From Octopus bimaculoides (lineage: Eukaryota): 41,759 bases of DNA. Within the stretch, counting starts at the first letter, position 1. Each line of letters starts with the position of its first letter. The stretch covers positions 134,628,545 through 134,670,303 of the forward strand of contig NC_068983.1 in NCBI RefSeq assembly GCF_001194135.2, written 5' to 3'. Under the pieces are notes generated by a model. That model had not been told where the DNA came from and ran no database searches. It saw only the letters and a program-made list of their open reading frames with translations. The translations under genes and the position numbers were made by a program. Shown here piece by piece: positions 23,288 through 34,894 of this stretch.

Positions 23288-26200
23288 TGAGCAAAAGATG
23301 CTTTTCTTCACAACTTTACTACCAAGCAGGTGGCTGGTCAAAATTAAATTAAAGAGAAAAAGAATATACACACATACATATCACTTTATTTATTTACTGC
23401 TTTTAGTCATTGGACTGCAGCCAAGCTTAATCACTACCTTTATGAATTTAGTTGATCATACCAACTCCAGTACTTATCTATACCTGACCCATATATTTCT
23501 GATATATATTTTTTTAGAGTTCACAGTTCAATGGAGCAGATGTTAAATTACTTCATTCACTGGGATAATTACTTCATTCAAGTTCAGGTACATGTAATTT
23601 TCTGTGATATGAAAATAAGAAGGTAGTACAATGTATTCAGATTTGCTAAAAAGTTTTACAAATGTAAATGTACCATAGCAAAATAGTATAGATGTGGTTT
23701 TCAATTTCTTTCTATACTTAAAATTATTTACTTCTTGAAAAGAGATAAAGATAATAATTAGATAACAACCCCCAAGTTTGAAGAGGTGATAACTGTATAA
23801 AAAGAATAGAGATTTCAAAGAAGTTCTCTTTTACCACTTTTACTGCTACCTATTAGGCTTTACACTATCTTCAGAAAAAAAAATCAAATATCTCTTGGTC
23901 ATCTAAAAAGTACCAGCATTTTACAGTTTTCAAAATAACAGTGGAATTTCTGCAGGGTATGCTAGTTTTGGCTATTCCATTATATAAGATGTAAATGATA
24001 AAGAATGAGAAGTAGCTCTTAATTGTTAAAAATAACTTCTGTGAAGAGTGGCTAGATCATTAAGACTGGGTGGGGGTGTAAAACACTGAAATATTGATGT
24101 GAAACAGCACACTTCTCTAGGAGATCTTACAGTATTATTTCAATCAAACCTACATATTTTTTGGTGAAAATCTTTACTTCACACTTGAGTAATTTGTTTC
24201 TAAAATAAGCCAAATGTAAAACTGCTGAAATTATGCTACAATCTATTAAATATAATTACTGTCCTATCCACAAAAACAAATACCTGTGCGAGATCTCAAT
24301 TCACAAGTGGTTAGCCAACACACTACACATCAATTATATTACCGGCATTAATTTCAACTTTTCCAAGTCCAGCTTTGGTTACAAATTGATTGGTACATTA
24401 AGATGTCTGATAGTGAACTAAAACACGAGACATGCCAAAAAAAAAAAAAAAAAAAAAAAAATCCTGCCAAGAACAACACAGAAAACTACATTTCTGCCAA
24501 GAATAAGAGGTATTTTTAGGTGTCTAAGATCTGACACGTCAAGTGTATAAAAGTACCAGTTTAACGTATGTGTGTGTGTGTGTGTGTGTGCACATCTTAA
24601 TTCTTGGTTGAAATCATGTCATGTTTGTCCTTGAGAAACAAAATATATGTCAACAGGGTTATCACTAATGGGATCTCCTGATTATGAAAAATCAAACAAA
24701 GTATGCACATCAGAAGTTTTGCTTTATCTATTTCAGTTGTTTGAGATTAAATACATAACAAAGGTGTGTGAAGGAATTATGCCAAATATAAGTTCTGAAA
24801 AGGTAAAACCTGTCTGGTCCATGAAAGGACAGTAAAAAAAAGATGGTTGAGGCAGAAGAGCAAGGAAGGACTGATTTGGTTTCTAAACAAATAATAAACC
24901 TCATAAGTTTCTTGTAAAGATGTCTGCAATGTAACCACATAGTTCTGCATTTAATCCCACTGTACAGTACCTTAAATGTCTTCTACAGTAGCCTTGGCTT
25001 GACAAATAACTTGTGACTGAAAACTGGTATTGAGAAACTGTAAGGAAGCTCATTATCATATACATATGTGACAGTTGTGCCTCTTTATGCCAATAATTTA
25101 GTTTGACAAATATAAATTGATAAAATAAATAGCAGACTGAAATCAGTACTGGGATTTGTATGACTGTCTAAACCCCAGAAAGCAACTCCCCCAGAGGCCA
25201 AAAGAAGGGAAAGAATAATAAGGGTGGTGGGTATAACAACCACCAATTTAGAACTACCCAATCTGCTAGAGACCATCCATCAAACAATCTGCATGAAAGA
25301 ATTAACCCAGTATTATAAACAACAAATACTTTTAACTATAACCCTCATAATCTGTGAAGTTGAGGAAGTGGTGAATAACAAACCAAAAGGATTTTGTGTT
25401 CTACTGCATACATCACGATATTTCATTTCTGGCCCAGTTCACTGTACTGTATAAATAAATTTTTCACCCCAAGTCAACACTGATCAATAAATCATGATCA
25501 AAAATATTCTAGTCATGACCACTCCATCTCTTTTTCTTTGAACAGTTTATCTATAACCAGTCTCTTAAAAAAAAACAAAAACAAATTGCAGAATGCGATG
25601 TGCGGGCATTTTGGCTGTTATGTAATAAATACAGCTGATTTAAGTGTTTTAATATATAATTGAATATTCAAAACTAGTATATCCCCTGGAGAAATTCCAG
25701 TTATTTTGTATAGATAACTGAGAAATGTGCAATTTCTTTTGTATTCTTTTCTAAAATGCTAAAATGTTTAAAGTGCAATGTTCTCTTTTAATTATTTGCT
25801 GTAGATGTGCGCAGAAGTTCACTTGGTGCAAATTTTGTATTTCTTAGCAAGGCATGGGCATATCAAGATGAGTAACGATCTTTAATTTTTTTAAAAATTG
25901 ATTCTGTCTTGAAAACTTTGTGAGCACACATTTTTTTCCCTTGTGCACAAGTTATAAAATTTGTTTAAACAGTACACACTGAAGGTACAGCTTTGGGGAA
26001 ACATTGGTTGAAAGTGCTCTGCCCTAATCCGACTGCACCAAACATGTTTCATGATAAAGCATAGGAGGGGAAGAGTTTTATGTCAAGTAATAGATGTATT
26101 AAAAATCCAAAACCTATTTCTACTTGGCTATATCACTTTATACTCTGGGCCTACGGCAATTATTTGAATAATTTTAACACAATTATGGTTTCAGTTTATT

Positions 26201-28456
26201 TTCTTATTTTAACGTCCAGATAACTACAGCTGTTAAACATCATGAATTAAGAGTTAGTTCATTAGTGGTGTTGGCCAGATTGTCACCACCTGATACTTTT
26301 AACAGGGCTTTCGAAATTATAATTGCATCTTAATTACTTGCAAATTCCGCGGATACAATGAAATTGCATACAACATTCCATATCTACCAAACCAGTTTTT
26401 TTCTTCTTTGCCCTAACAGTTCATCATTATCATTAATTAGAATTCAATTATCTTCTAAGTATCACTCGGTTATCTACTCTCTGTATCACTTCCTACTAAA
26501 GAATAAAAAAAATTAAATCTCGATGCCGAACCAGATAGCGATGTTTATATAGAACACGTTACATATTAATAGAAATAAAATTAGGTCTAAATGTAGGTTT
26601 CGAAAAAAAAACACCATCCGGATAATCACAACCCAACTTTCCCGCCGTTTATTTTCAGTTTTGATTTTTCGAAATTGAATTTAAAATCACAGAATGTCTA
26701 TGGAAATACAGATTTCACCGATATTATTAATTTTAATTTTACAGAATAACGCTATTAAAAAATGGCTATATTTTACAGATGACCACAGAATATAACCAAG
26801 TGCAACAATTAGGAAAGTACCTGAAATCTGCTCTCTAATAATCTAGAAACTATTCCCTCTACATATGCTGCTTATGCGGTCGAGAAAGGCATAAGCATCA
26901 CAAATAGCTAGTTCTGAAGATTTGAGGTCAAATATCAACGTTAGAAACGACTGTTTTATAGAAAAGTGACTAGTTGACAACGATAGAATATGGGCTTGAT
27001 TTAAATTGCCGTACAGTATTTTAGAGACCCTAAATCTAATCAATAATTAATCAACTAGATGACTTCAATTTGCAATTAATGCTCTCTAATATAGTACACA
27101 AGCTGTTAAGAATACCAAACATGACACTGACATCAGGGAGGAGGGTCAATATATGCATTCATTATTTATATACTTAATACAAAATTTTTCTCTAGAAAGG
27201 TTTGAAACTTCGTACATATCAATTACATAAATGTGTGTGGTGTTAAAGAGCCCTTGAAACTACGTTAAGGTCGAAGGGGCACCATGAGGAATCTTAGAGG
27301 TTATATATATTGTATGTTCTATCGTAGTTAAAGTACGTATTTTTTTTTTTGTATCTCGACATTGTTAGATTTAAAAGTACAAACTCGTAAGAATATGTAT
27401 AGCAAGTACTCCGCGTTTCCCAGCTTGATAAAGAAATTAAATTATACAAGTAATTTGAATGAATATATAATATATATTTTAATTTTTCTATCCCAAAATC
27501 TGATTTCATGTATGATGAAAAATATAAATATAGTACAATGAAAACAAAAAAGTAAAAATTTACATTAAACACGAATTTTGAAGTGGTTTTATTTAAGTGA
27601 ACACGTGAGAATAAAAGCNNNNNNNNNNNNNNNNNNNNNNNNNNNNNNNNNNNNNNNNNNNNNNNNNNNNNNNNNNNNNNNNNNNNNNNNNNNNNNNNNN
27701 NNNNNNNNNNNNNNNNNNNNNNNNNNNNNNNNNNNNNNNNNNNNNNNNNNNNNNNNNNNNNNNNNNNNNNNNNNNNNNNNNNNNNNNNNNNNNNNNNNNN
27801 NNNNNNNNNNNNNNNNNNNNNNNNNNNNNNNNNNNNNNNNNNNNNNNNNNNNNNNNNNNNNNNNNNNNNNNNNNNNNNNNNNNNNNNNNNNNNNNNNNNN
27901 NNNNNNNNNNNNNNNNNNNNNNNNNNNNNNNNNNNNNNNNNNNNNNNNNNNNNNNNNNNNNNNNNNNNNNNNNNNNNNNNNNNNNNNNNNNNNNNNNNNN
28001 NNNNNNNNNNNNNNNNNNNNNNNNNNNNNNNNNNNNNNNNNNNNNNNNNNNNNNNNNNNNNNNNNNNNNNNNNNNNNNNNNNNNNNNNNNNNNNNNNNNN
28101 NNNNNNNNNNNNNNNNNNNNNNNNNNNNNNNNNNNNNNNNNNNNNNNNNNNNNNNNNNNNNNNNNNNNNNNNNNNNNNNNNNNNNNNNNNNNNNNNNNNN
28201 NNNNNNNNNNNNNNNNNNNNNNNNNNNNNNNNNNNNNNNNNNNNNNNNNNNNNNNNNNNNNNNNNNNNNNNNNNNNNNNNNNNNNNNNNNNNNNNNNNNN
28301 NNNNNNNNNNNNNNNNNNNNNNNNNNNNNNNNNNNNNNNNNNNNNNNNNNNNNNNNNNNNNNNNNNNNNNNNNNNNNNNNNNNNNNNNNNNNNNNNNNNN
28401 NNNNNNNNNNNNNNNNNNNNNNNNNNNNNNNTATATATATATATATATATATATAT

Positions 28457-28613
28457 GGTACTACTAAAGCAGCGCGGACCCGAACGCGCAGTCGCGCGTC
28501 CGCGCTAGCTAGTCTTGAGTGGTCGATCCTAACCCTAACCCTAAACACGTATTCATTTGCACACGCGGGTAAGGGATAGGGTTAGGATCGACCACTCAAG
28601 ACTAGCTAGTGCC
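28457..28613. mobile_element. 157-bp double-hairpin mini-element with CCCTAA/TTAGGG arms, inside a (TA)n tract
   Basis: 33-bp perfect inverted repeat at 28505-28537/28577-28609 and 9-bp GC stem at 28471-28479/28498-28506. Termini GGTACTA...TAGTGCC; (TA)n on both sides. Confidence 0.6.
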
Positions 28614-28645
<32 letters not shown>

Positions 28646-29511
28646 AGGCAGAGGTAACGTAAAAACGGAATGATTGGGGTGCTTATACACTCTGGTCATA
28701 AGACTATTAATTATGCAGTTACGTTTCCGTTAAAGTGGACAGACAATGTGTGACTTAAAACATGAATCAACGTATCGGTTTTTACTAATTATCTATGTTG
28801 CATTCACGTGGTTCGATAAATAATAATAGAGTGATTGTGAAAGTATACATTACACACGGGAAATCAATGCTGAAAGTAGGGTTACAAACAACAGCAATAT
28901 AGAAAACGTAAGTAACCCCTCCACACACTATCTACGAGCTGAATTAAATTTTAATTTACCGAGACATGATGTTAAGTTATACAGGAAAGGTAAATTAAAG
29001 CGACGGAATTAGATGACAAGTGCTTGTACGCGCGCGTGCGACAGAATGAATGCACAAGATATAATGGGGTGACTGATGGCGTCATGTATTATAGTAAAGT
29101 GTATATTTTGCCGTTTTACACGTGAATGAGCTGTTGTAATTTAGCGAAACAGCAGAACTTCATCATATGATGAGATGACTTTTAAAATATAGTATGGCTA
29201 CGATAAAAAATTTAAAAAAGGGGGGGGGGCAGTGAGACTTGCACGGGATTCTTTTCCGTAGAGGAATAAAACATTTAAGAAAATGAAAACATGTAAATAT
29301 AAATCGAAGTATGTCCACTAAGATGTGAAATTGATAACGAAAGGAATATTTTTTATATTACGGTAGTTAATTATCAGGCAAATTTTGGCTTAACTTTGAG
29401 TTAACAAAGGGAGTTTGACAAAAGGAAAAGGGGGGAAAAAAATCGTTCATAGAATTCCATGTTAGAAAAGATGTAGTTTAAAGGACCGGCTTATAAAGAT
29501 ATTAGACTCAC

Positions 29512-29702
29512 CTCATGAAAGCCACGTAAAGTAGACCGATGATGCACAATGTCAACAAACTAATCGTGTGAGGCTGGTAAAAAAATTCCAATGTTATATC
29601 ATCGACAGGCTGTTCGTTAATAGCCCGAAAATGTTCTTTTTCTTCTTTCGCGAGTGCATTTTTATTGATGCTACGTCTGCCGCTGGCCCGCACAGCAGCC
29701 AT
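29512..29702 (-). CDS. PTDSS1: Phosphatidylserine synthase 1-like, first coding exon (63 codons + 2 nt, phase-2 GT donor)
   Basis: [41 protein letters not shown] matches the recalled human PTDSS1 [38 protein letters not shown] and not PTDSS2. The donor AG|GTGAGT splits the Arg codon, at the position recalled for human intron 1. Start context is gccATGG. Confidence 0.93.
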
Positions 29703-30389
29703 GGCTTTCTAAGGAAGAGGAGACAACTCTGCAACAAGGTTATCCCGTTATAGGGTTATCTGTCTGTCTGTCTGTCTGTCTGTCTAACTCGCTAGCTAGT
29801 TAGCTTGCTAGCTAGTTAGCTTGCTAGCTATTCCAGCTGCCTGGCTAGTTATTCACCTCATTGTCCTCGTGTATATTAAGTAATGATTGGAATTATAAAT
29901 TTATATATATATAAAAAGATTCTCACGTGCCCTATCGACCTGTTTAGAAATAGTAGCCAAATCCTCCTAAAAATTACATTCAACCGTTGTGAAAAGTGAA
30001 GGATTCATATAGACTGGATAGTGTAGCAGTTTTATATCCTCAATACCCGGGATAAAAGACAGGATGGTCATAGCTGAAACGTTTTAACCATAGGCCCACT
30101 TAGTCACAGCTGATCTACGGTTAGTCAGACAAGAAAGGAGGAGAAGAATAACGAGGCATGACGACCTAAGTTGTTGTGTATTTTTCACACTTGTATGGTT
30201 ATAAATTATGCTGAAAAGTGTAAATTGAAGAGATATGGAAGTATAGTGTATATTTTAGTGTCTTTTGCGACTGATAGGAAAAGCCTTTAAAGACCAATTT
30301 CTTCATAATGTGCCCCTTCAGCACATTTATAGGGAGTTGTACAAAAGTGTCAGACAAAAGATGTGGGTTTCCTTCTAACTGAATACCCA

Positions 30390-30520
30390 CTCCTTTTGTC
30401 TTTTACTGTTTTCAATCATTGGACTGCGGCCATGCTGGGGCACCACTTTGAAGGGTTTAGTTGAACGAATCGACCCACATTATTTTCAGTTTGGTACTTA
30501 TTCTATCGGATCTCTGTAAC
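30390..30520 (-). mobile_element. SINE family S2, 3' part
   Basis: tcattggactgcggccatgctggggcaccac...tcgaccc...gtacttattctatcgg is the reverse complement of the S2 3' end. Confidence 0.75.
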
Positions 30521-31387
30521 TTTTTCTAATTAAAAAAAAAAAAAAATAAATAAATGTATCACAAACTCAGATTCAGCGAGAAAAAGTATACCAATATACC
30601 AAATTTTAAAACTTTCACTTCATTTTAAAATTTCCAAATCTGTGACCGCAACAGAAAAGATCTCTAGTTGTCTATCTCTTTCAGTTTTCGTTTTTCTCAT
30701 GGTAAACTTTCCACCTCTCTATACATTTTTACCACATTTCTTCTCACTCTCTATAAANNNNNNNNNNNNNNNNNNNNNNNNNNNNNNNNNNNNNNNNNNN
30801 NNNNNNNNNNNNNNNNNNNNNNNNNNNNNNNNNNNNNNNNNNNNNNNNNNNNNNNNNNNNNNNNNNNNNNNNNNNNNNNNNNNNNNNNNNNNNNNNNNNN
30901 NNNNNNNNNNNNNNNNNNNNNNNNNNNNNNNNNNNNNNNNNNNNNNNNNNNNNNNNNNNNNNNNNNNNNNNNNNNNNNNNNNNNNNNNNNNNNNNNNNNN
31001 NNNNNNNNNNNNNNNNNNNNNNNNNNNNNNNNNNNNNNNNNNNNNNNNNNNNNNNNNNNNNNNNNNNNNNNNNNNNNNNNNNNNNNNNNNNNNNNNNNNN
31101 NNNNNNNNNNNNNNNNNNNNNNNNNNNNNNNNNNNNNNNNNNNNNNNNNNNNNNNNNNNNNNNNNNNNNNNNNNNNNNNNNNNNNNNNNNNNNNNNNNNN
31201 NNNNNNNNNNNNNNNNNNNNNNNNNNNNNNNNNNNNNNNNNNNNNNNNNNNNNNNNNNNNNNNNNNNNNNNNNNNNNNNNNNNNNNNNNNNNNNNNNNNN
31301 NNNNNNNNNNNNNNNNNNNNNNNNNNNNNNNNNNNNNNNNNNNNNNNNNNNNNNNNNNNNNNNNNNNNNNNNNNNNNNNNNNNNNNN

Positions 31388-31735
31388 TAAGACGCTTGCT
31401 TCCCAACCACATGATTCCGGGTTCAGACCCACTGGGCAAGTGTCTTCTATTATAGCTTCGGTCCGATTAAAGTCTTGTGAGTGAATTTGGTAGACGGAAA
31501 CTCAAAGAAGCCCATGGAATATATATGTTTGTGTGTCTGTGTTTGTTTCCCCACCATCGCTTGACAACCGATGTTGGTGTGTTTACGTCCCCGTAACTGA
31601 CCAGTTCGGCAAAAGAGAATGATAGAATAAGTACTAGGCTTACAAAACATACCTCCTGGGGGTGGGGTTCATTAGTTCGACTAAAGGCGGTGCTCCAGCA
31701 TGGCCGCAGTCAAATGACTGAAACAAATAAAAGAA
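31388..31735 (+). mobile_element. SINE family S2, CpG-intact copy
   Basis: Homologous to 16070 but retains its CpGs (gacgc, ttccgg, ttcgg, gacgg, ggccgc). Confidence 0.85.
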
Positions 31736-32019
31736 TATAAGATTATTTTAATAGCATACTTTTCTGTTAGTAAATTCTTACACACACACACACACGGACT
31801 CACTTCATGCGGGGTGGGGGTTAAANNNNNNNNNNTACTGCATCATCATTCTATGAAATGTATTTATGAGGAGAAAAATACTGAAAAATGTCAATACATG
31901 TCAGAGTGACAAAGACACGAGGAAGGTAGCAGGTGGTCGTGGAATGTGCTAAAAACAACAACTAAATCTCCCTTAAGTCACACACCTTTTCGTCTGAAAA
32001 TTATTTTGAAATTACAAAC

Positions 32020-32521
32020 AGAAACAGATCGCAAAATCGGACTATCCGTATCTTAAAACTATGATTAAAAATAATTTCGAAATTTTAGGGTTTATGGAGG
32101 GGCGGGGTTAATGAAGAAATTAAAAAAAGATTTCACGATTGCTTTTAAATTATGTTTCATTTTCTGTTTGAAAATAAAGGAAGTGGGGATTGTACTGATG
32201 ATTGCCAATTTTCAAAGAGTTTTCGCTCTTTTTTTTTTAATCTTGAAGGCTTCTTCCGTCGTTTTTAAGTGCGTAGTGAAAAAAAAAAAAGAAAAAGAAA
32301 AAATTGGCCAAAATGATCCGGAAGGGGGATTCATAAATTTTCAAAAAAATTTTCATAAGAAGTCCTCCTCACCCCTATCGTTTGTAAAGATGTGGTGGGC
32401 AAAAAATTTTTAAATCCCCGTCAAAATGGAGAAAATCCAACATATGGGTGTGCCATTCCGAAAGCCCGCAAAGGCAGTCTAATGTGAAAATGTCCAGCAA
32501 CGACGGGATACTCAGCTAGTA
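32020..32521 (+). mobile_element. Possible Helitron-like element (3' end ...cagcaacgacgggatactcagCTAG|t)
   Basis: CTAG|T end preceded by a GC-rich segment, as at Helitron 3' termini. The 5' end is not defined. Confidence 0.3.
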
Positions 32522-32644
32522 GTCGTATAAATGAGTTACATAACGAAGACTCTAACATCATCACGCTTCAAATTGGATATTAGTTGACGTTTCAAGGTCA
32601 TAATTTACCACAAAGTATTTACTGTTGACCGCCTAAGTTCTAAG

Positions 32645-33901
32645 CAGCGCTGGATTAACCATTAAGCAAAATAAGCGCGTGCTTAGGGTATTAAGGGAAG
32701 ATGGGGACACCACAGAAATGGTAAATGGTTTACGGCACATAAAACACACATCATTTTAAATTTGCTAAAATAATATTCGAAGTGGTTTATATGACCCGAT
32801 GTGCTCATGGTGTCATATTGAGGATCTGATCAAAGACTTTGCAATTAAAAAAAAGTACGAGAGAACTTTTCAAATATAATGTGGAAGTATACAAAAATAA
32901 ACATAATTTTCCATTTTACTGTTAATTTTGTTTCATTTTGAAAAACGAAAATTTATTGGTTTATTATTGGATCTTTCTGATTTGACGGGCACCATTTGTT
33001 TTCTTAACGAAACACTTTCAAACTTGGGATACTGGTAGAATGTGTCATATAAAACATATTTTTCTCTTAGCTTTCTTAACAAAAAATTGTACATCGCAAG
33101 TTATTTCATGTTAAAGTTGTCGTATTTCTGTAATTTCAACCAATCACTGACGTCTATTCAGCTGAATACAGTTACTCCTGCTTTTGTAAACAATAATTTT
33201 TGCCGGTGTCAAGAGTGTTATTCCCTATTTAATTATATCATTATTCCCTAGTAAGAGTTTTAGGGTTAGGGTTCGGGTTTTAGAGTTAGGGTTAGGGTTT
33301 TAGGGTTAGGGTTGGGGTTAGGGTTATGGTTATGGTTATAAGTTATAGGATTAGGGTTAGGGTTATGAGTGAGGTTATGGCAAAAATAATCATAACCCTA
33401 ACCGTAACCCTAAAACTAACCCTAACTCTAAAACCCGAACCCTAACCCTAAAACCCTAAAGCTAAAACCAGTACAAACGCACGAACGATGTCATAAATAA
33501 CAGTACCACGGATAGTTGTTGTTGACAAACTACGGCACTAATTTTATTCAAGGGAAAAGATCCCATGACACCGTTAGAACATGTTGTTTACATTCCACGG
33601 CGTAATTGTTTTCACCTCAATAGACGTCAGTGATTGGTTGAAATTACCGAAATACGACAATTTTTTACATGAAATAACTTCGAATACAAAATTTTTATCT
33701 GTTCTATAACACAAAATATACAAGTATACGAAGTTTGAAAATGTTTCGGTACCAAAAACACTACATAAAACATAAATGAAAAGCGTTGCCCGTCAAATCA
33801 GAAAGATCCTTATTATTGTTTATATTTTGAGTTACATATATATTGGGGCACCAAAATCTTTTAAGTGCCTAGGGCCTCCATGGATCTTTAATCCAGTCCT
33901 G
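32645..33901. mobile_element. hAT-like non-autonomous element hosting MITE C
   Basis: TIRs cagcgctggattaa / ttaatccagtcctg (12/14); flanks gttctaag / gttctatc (6/8, decayed 8-bp TSD). Confidence 0.6.
32969..33809. mobile_element. MITE copy C: perfect 23-bp TIR GGATCTTTCTGATTTGACGGGCA, 8-bp TSD TTATTATT, central telomere-like foldback
   Basis: TIR and TSD (32961-32968, 33810-33817) read directly. Subterminal arms are shared with A/B. TTAGGG-like block at about 33260-33375, then CCCTAA-like block at about 33392-33460. Confidence 0.92.
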
Positions 33902-34464
33902 GTTCTATCCTGCTGGTTATAGTCTCACCATTTAACTCACCGAAGTCGTACAGTACAGGCTCGATCAGTATTGCTGTAGCTGATTGCATTAGTATTTTAC
34001 TAGTCAACGGCACACTTACAAAAATCCTCGTTGAGTTAAAACCCAATGAGAATTGATATTCATTGTTTTCTTATTATTATTGAAGTTTAATCCTTTCATC
34101 TGACTCTGTATGAAGATACAATACTGCAGACTTCTGCTGCTGTACACCAAGTGAGCTTTAAAGTTTCAATTCTTTTGGCCATGCTATCGATATTTGTTTA
34201 TTGATTATTTATTGCGGTACACTAAAGAACTTGCTTCTTCTTTCTTTCTTAATTTCCTTTTTTTTTTCTTCGTAAGCATAAATCTGATATTTTCAGAAGG
34301 TCGGTATCAGGTTTTTGACTTTCCCTATAGCAGGAAAGTCCAGCGATTTTAAATGAAGGGAATTTGTTGCTATTCGCTGCTTAGTAATTCCATACACTAT
34401 AACTGGCATTAAATTCATTCTTGAACATTTCTCACCGTTCTAGTACAGTGGAAGAAGAGAACAG

Positions 34465-34880
34465 GGCGATCTTTCGGTACGAGTTCCTAATTATCGGCCT
34501 TTTCCGTAAAAAGTGTCTTCGGCGATCTTTACCAAAGATCGGCCTTTTCCGTAAAAAGTGTTCGAGAGAAACAGGGAAACGACGTCGTAACAGCGAAAGA
34601 CATACAGAGAGCGCGATTTATTTTGAAGGGTTTAGAGTTAGGGTTAGGGTTAGGCTTACGGTTAGGGTTTGGGTTTTAGGGTTTACGTTAGGGAATTTCG
34701 TCCCTAACCGTAACCGTAACCCTAACCCTAAAACCATAACCCTGACACTAAAACCCAAACCCTAACACCGTAGTTAAGATCGTGCGGGTGTTACGGAAAA
34801 CGCCGATCTTTGGTAAAGATCGCCGAAGACACTTTTTACGGAAAAGGCTGATATTTAGGAACTCGTACCGAAAGATCGCC
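34465..34880. mobile_element. Foldback element D: ~77-bp TIR starting GGCGATCTTT, internal TTAGGG then CCCTAA blocks
   Basis: Both TIRs are readable with few mismatches. Flanks gagaacag / gaaaactg (6/8, possible decayed TSD). Confidence 0.8.
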
Positions 34881-34894
34881 GAAAACTGAAGTTT

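Noticed and set aside
33255-34765. Ancient telomere-telomere chromosome fusion site
   Set aside because: The head-to-head arrays are short, degenerate and enclosed by TIRs (with a perfect TSD for C), so they were carried in by transposons.
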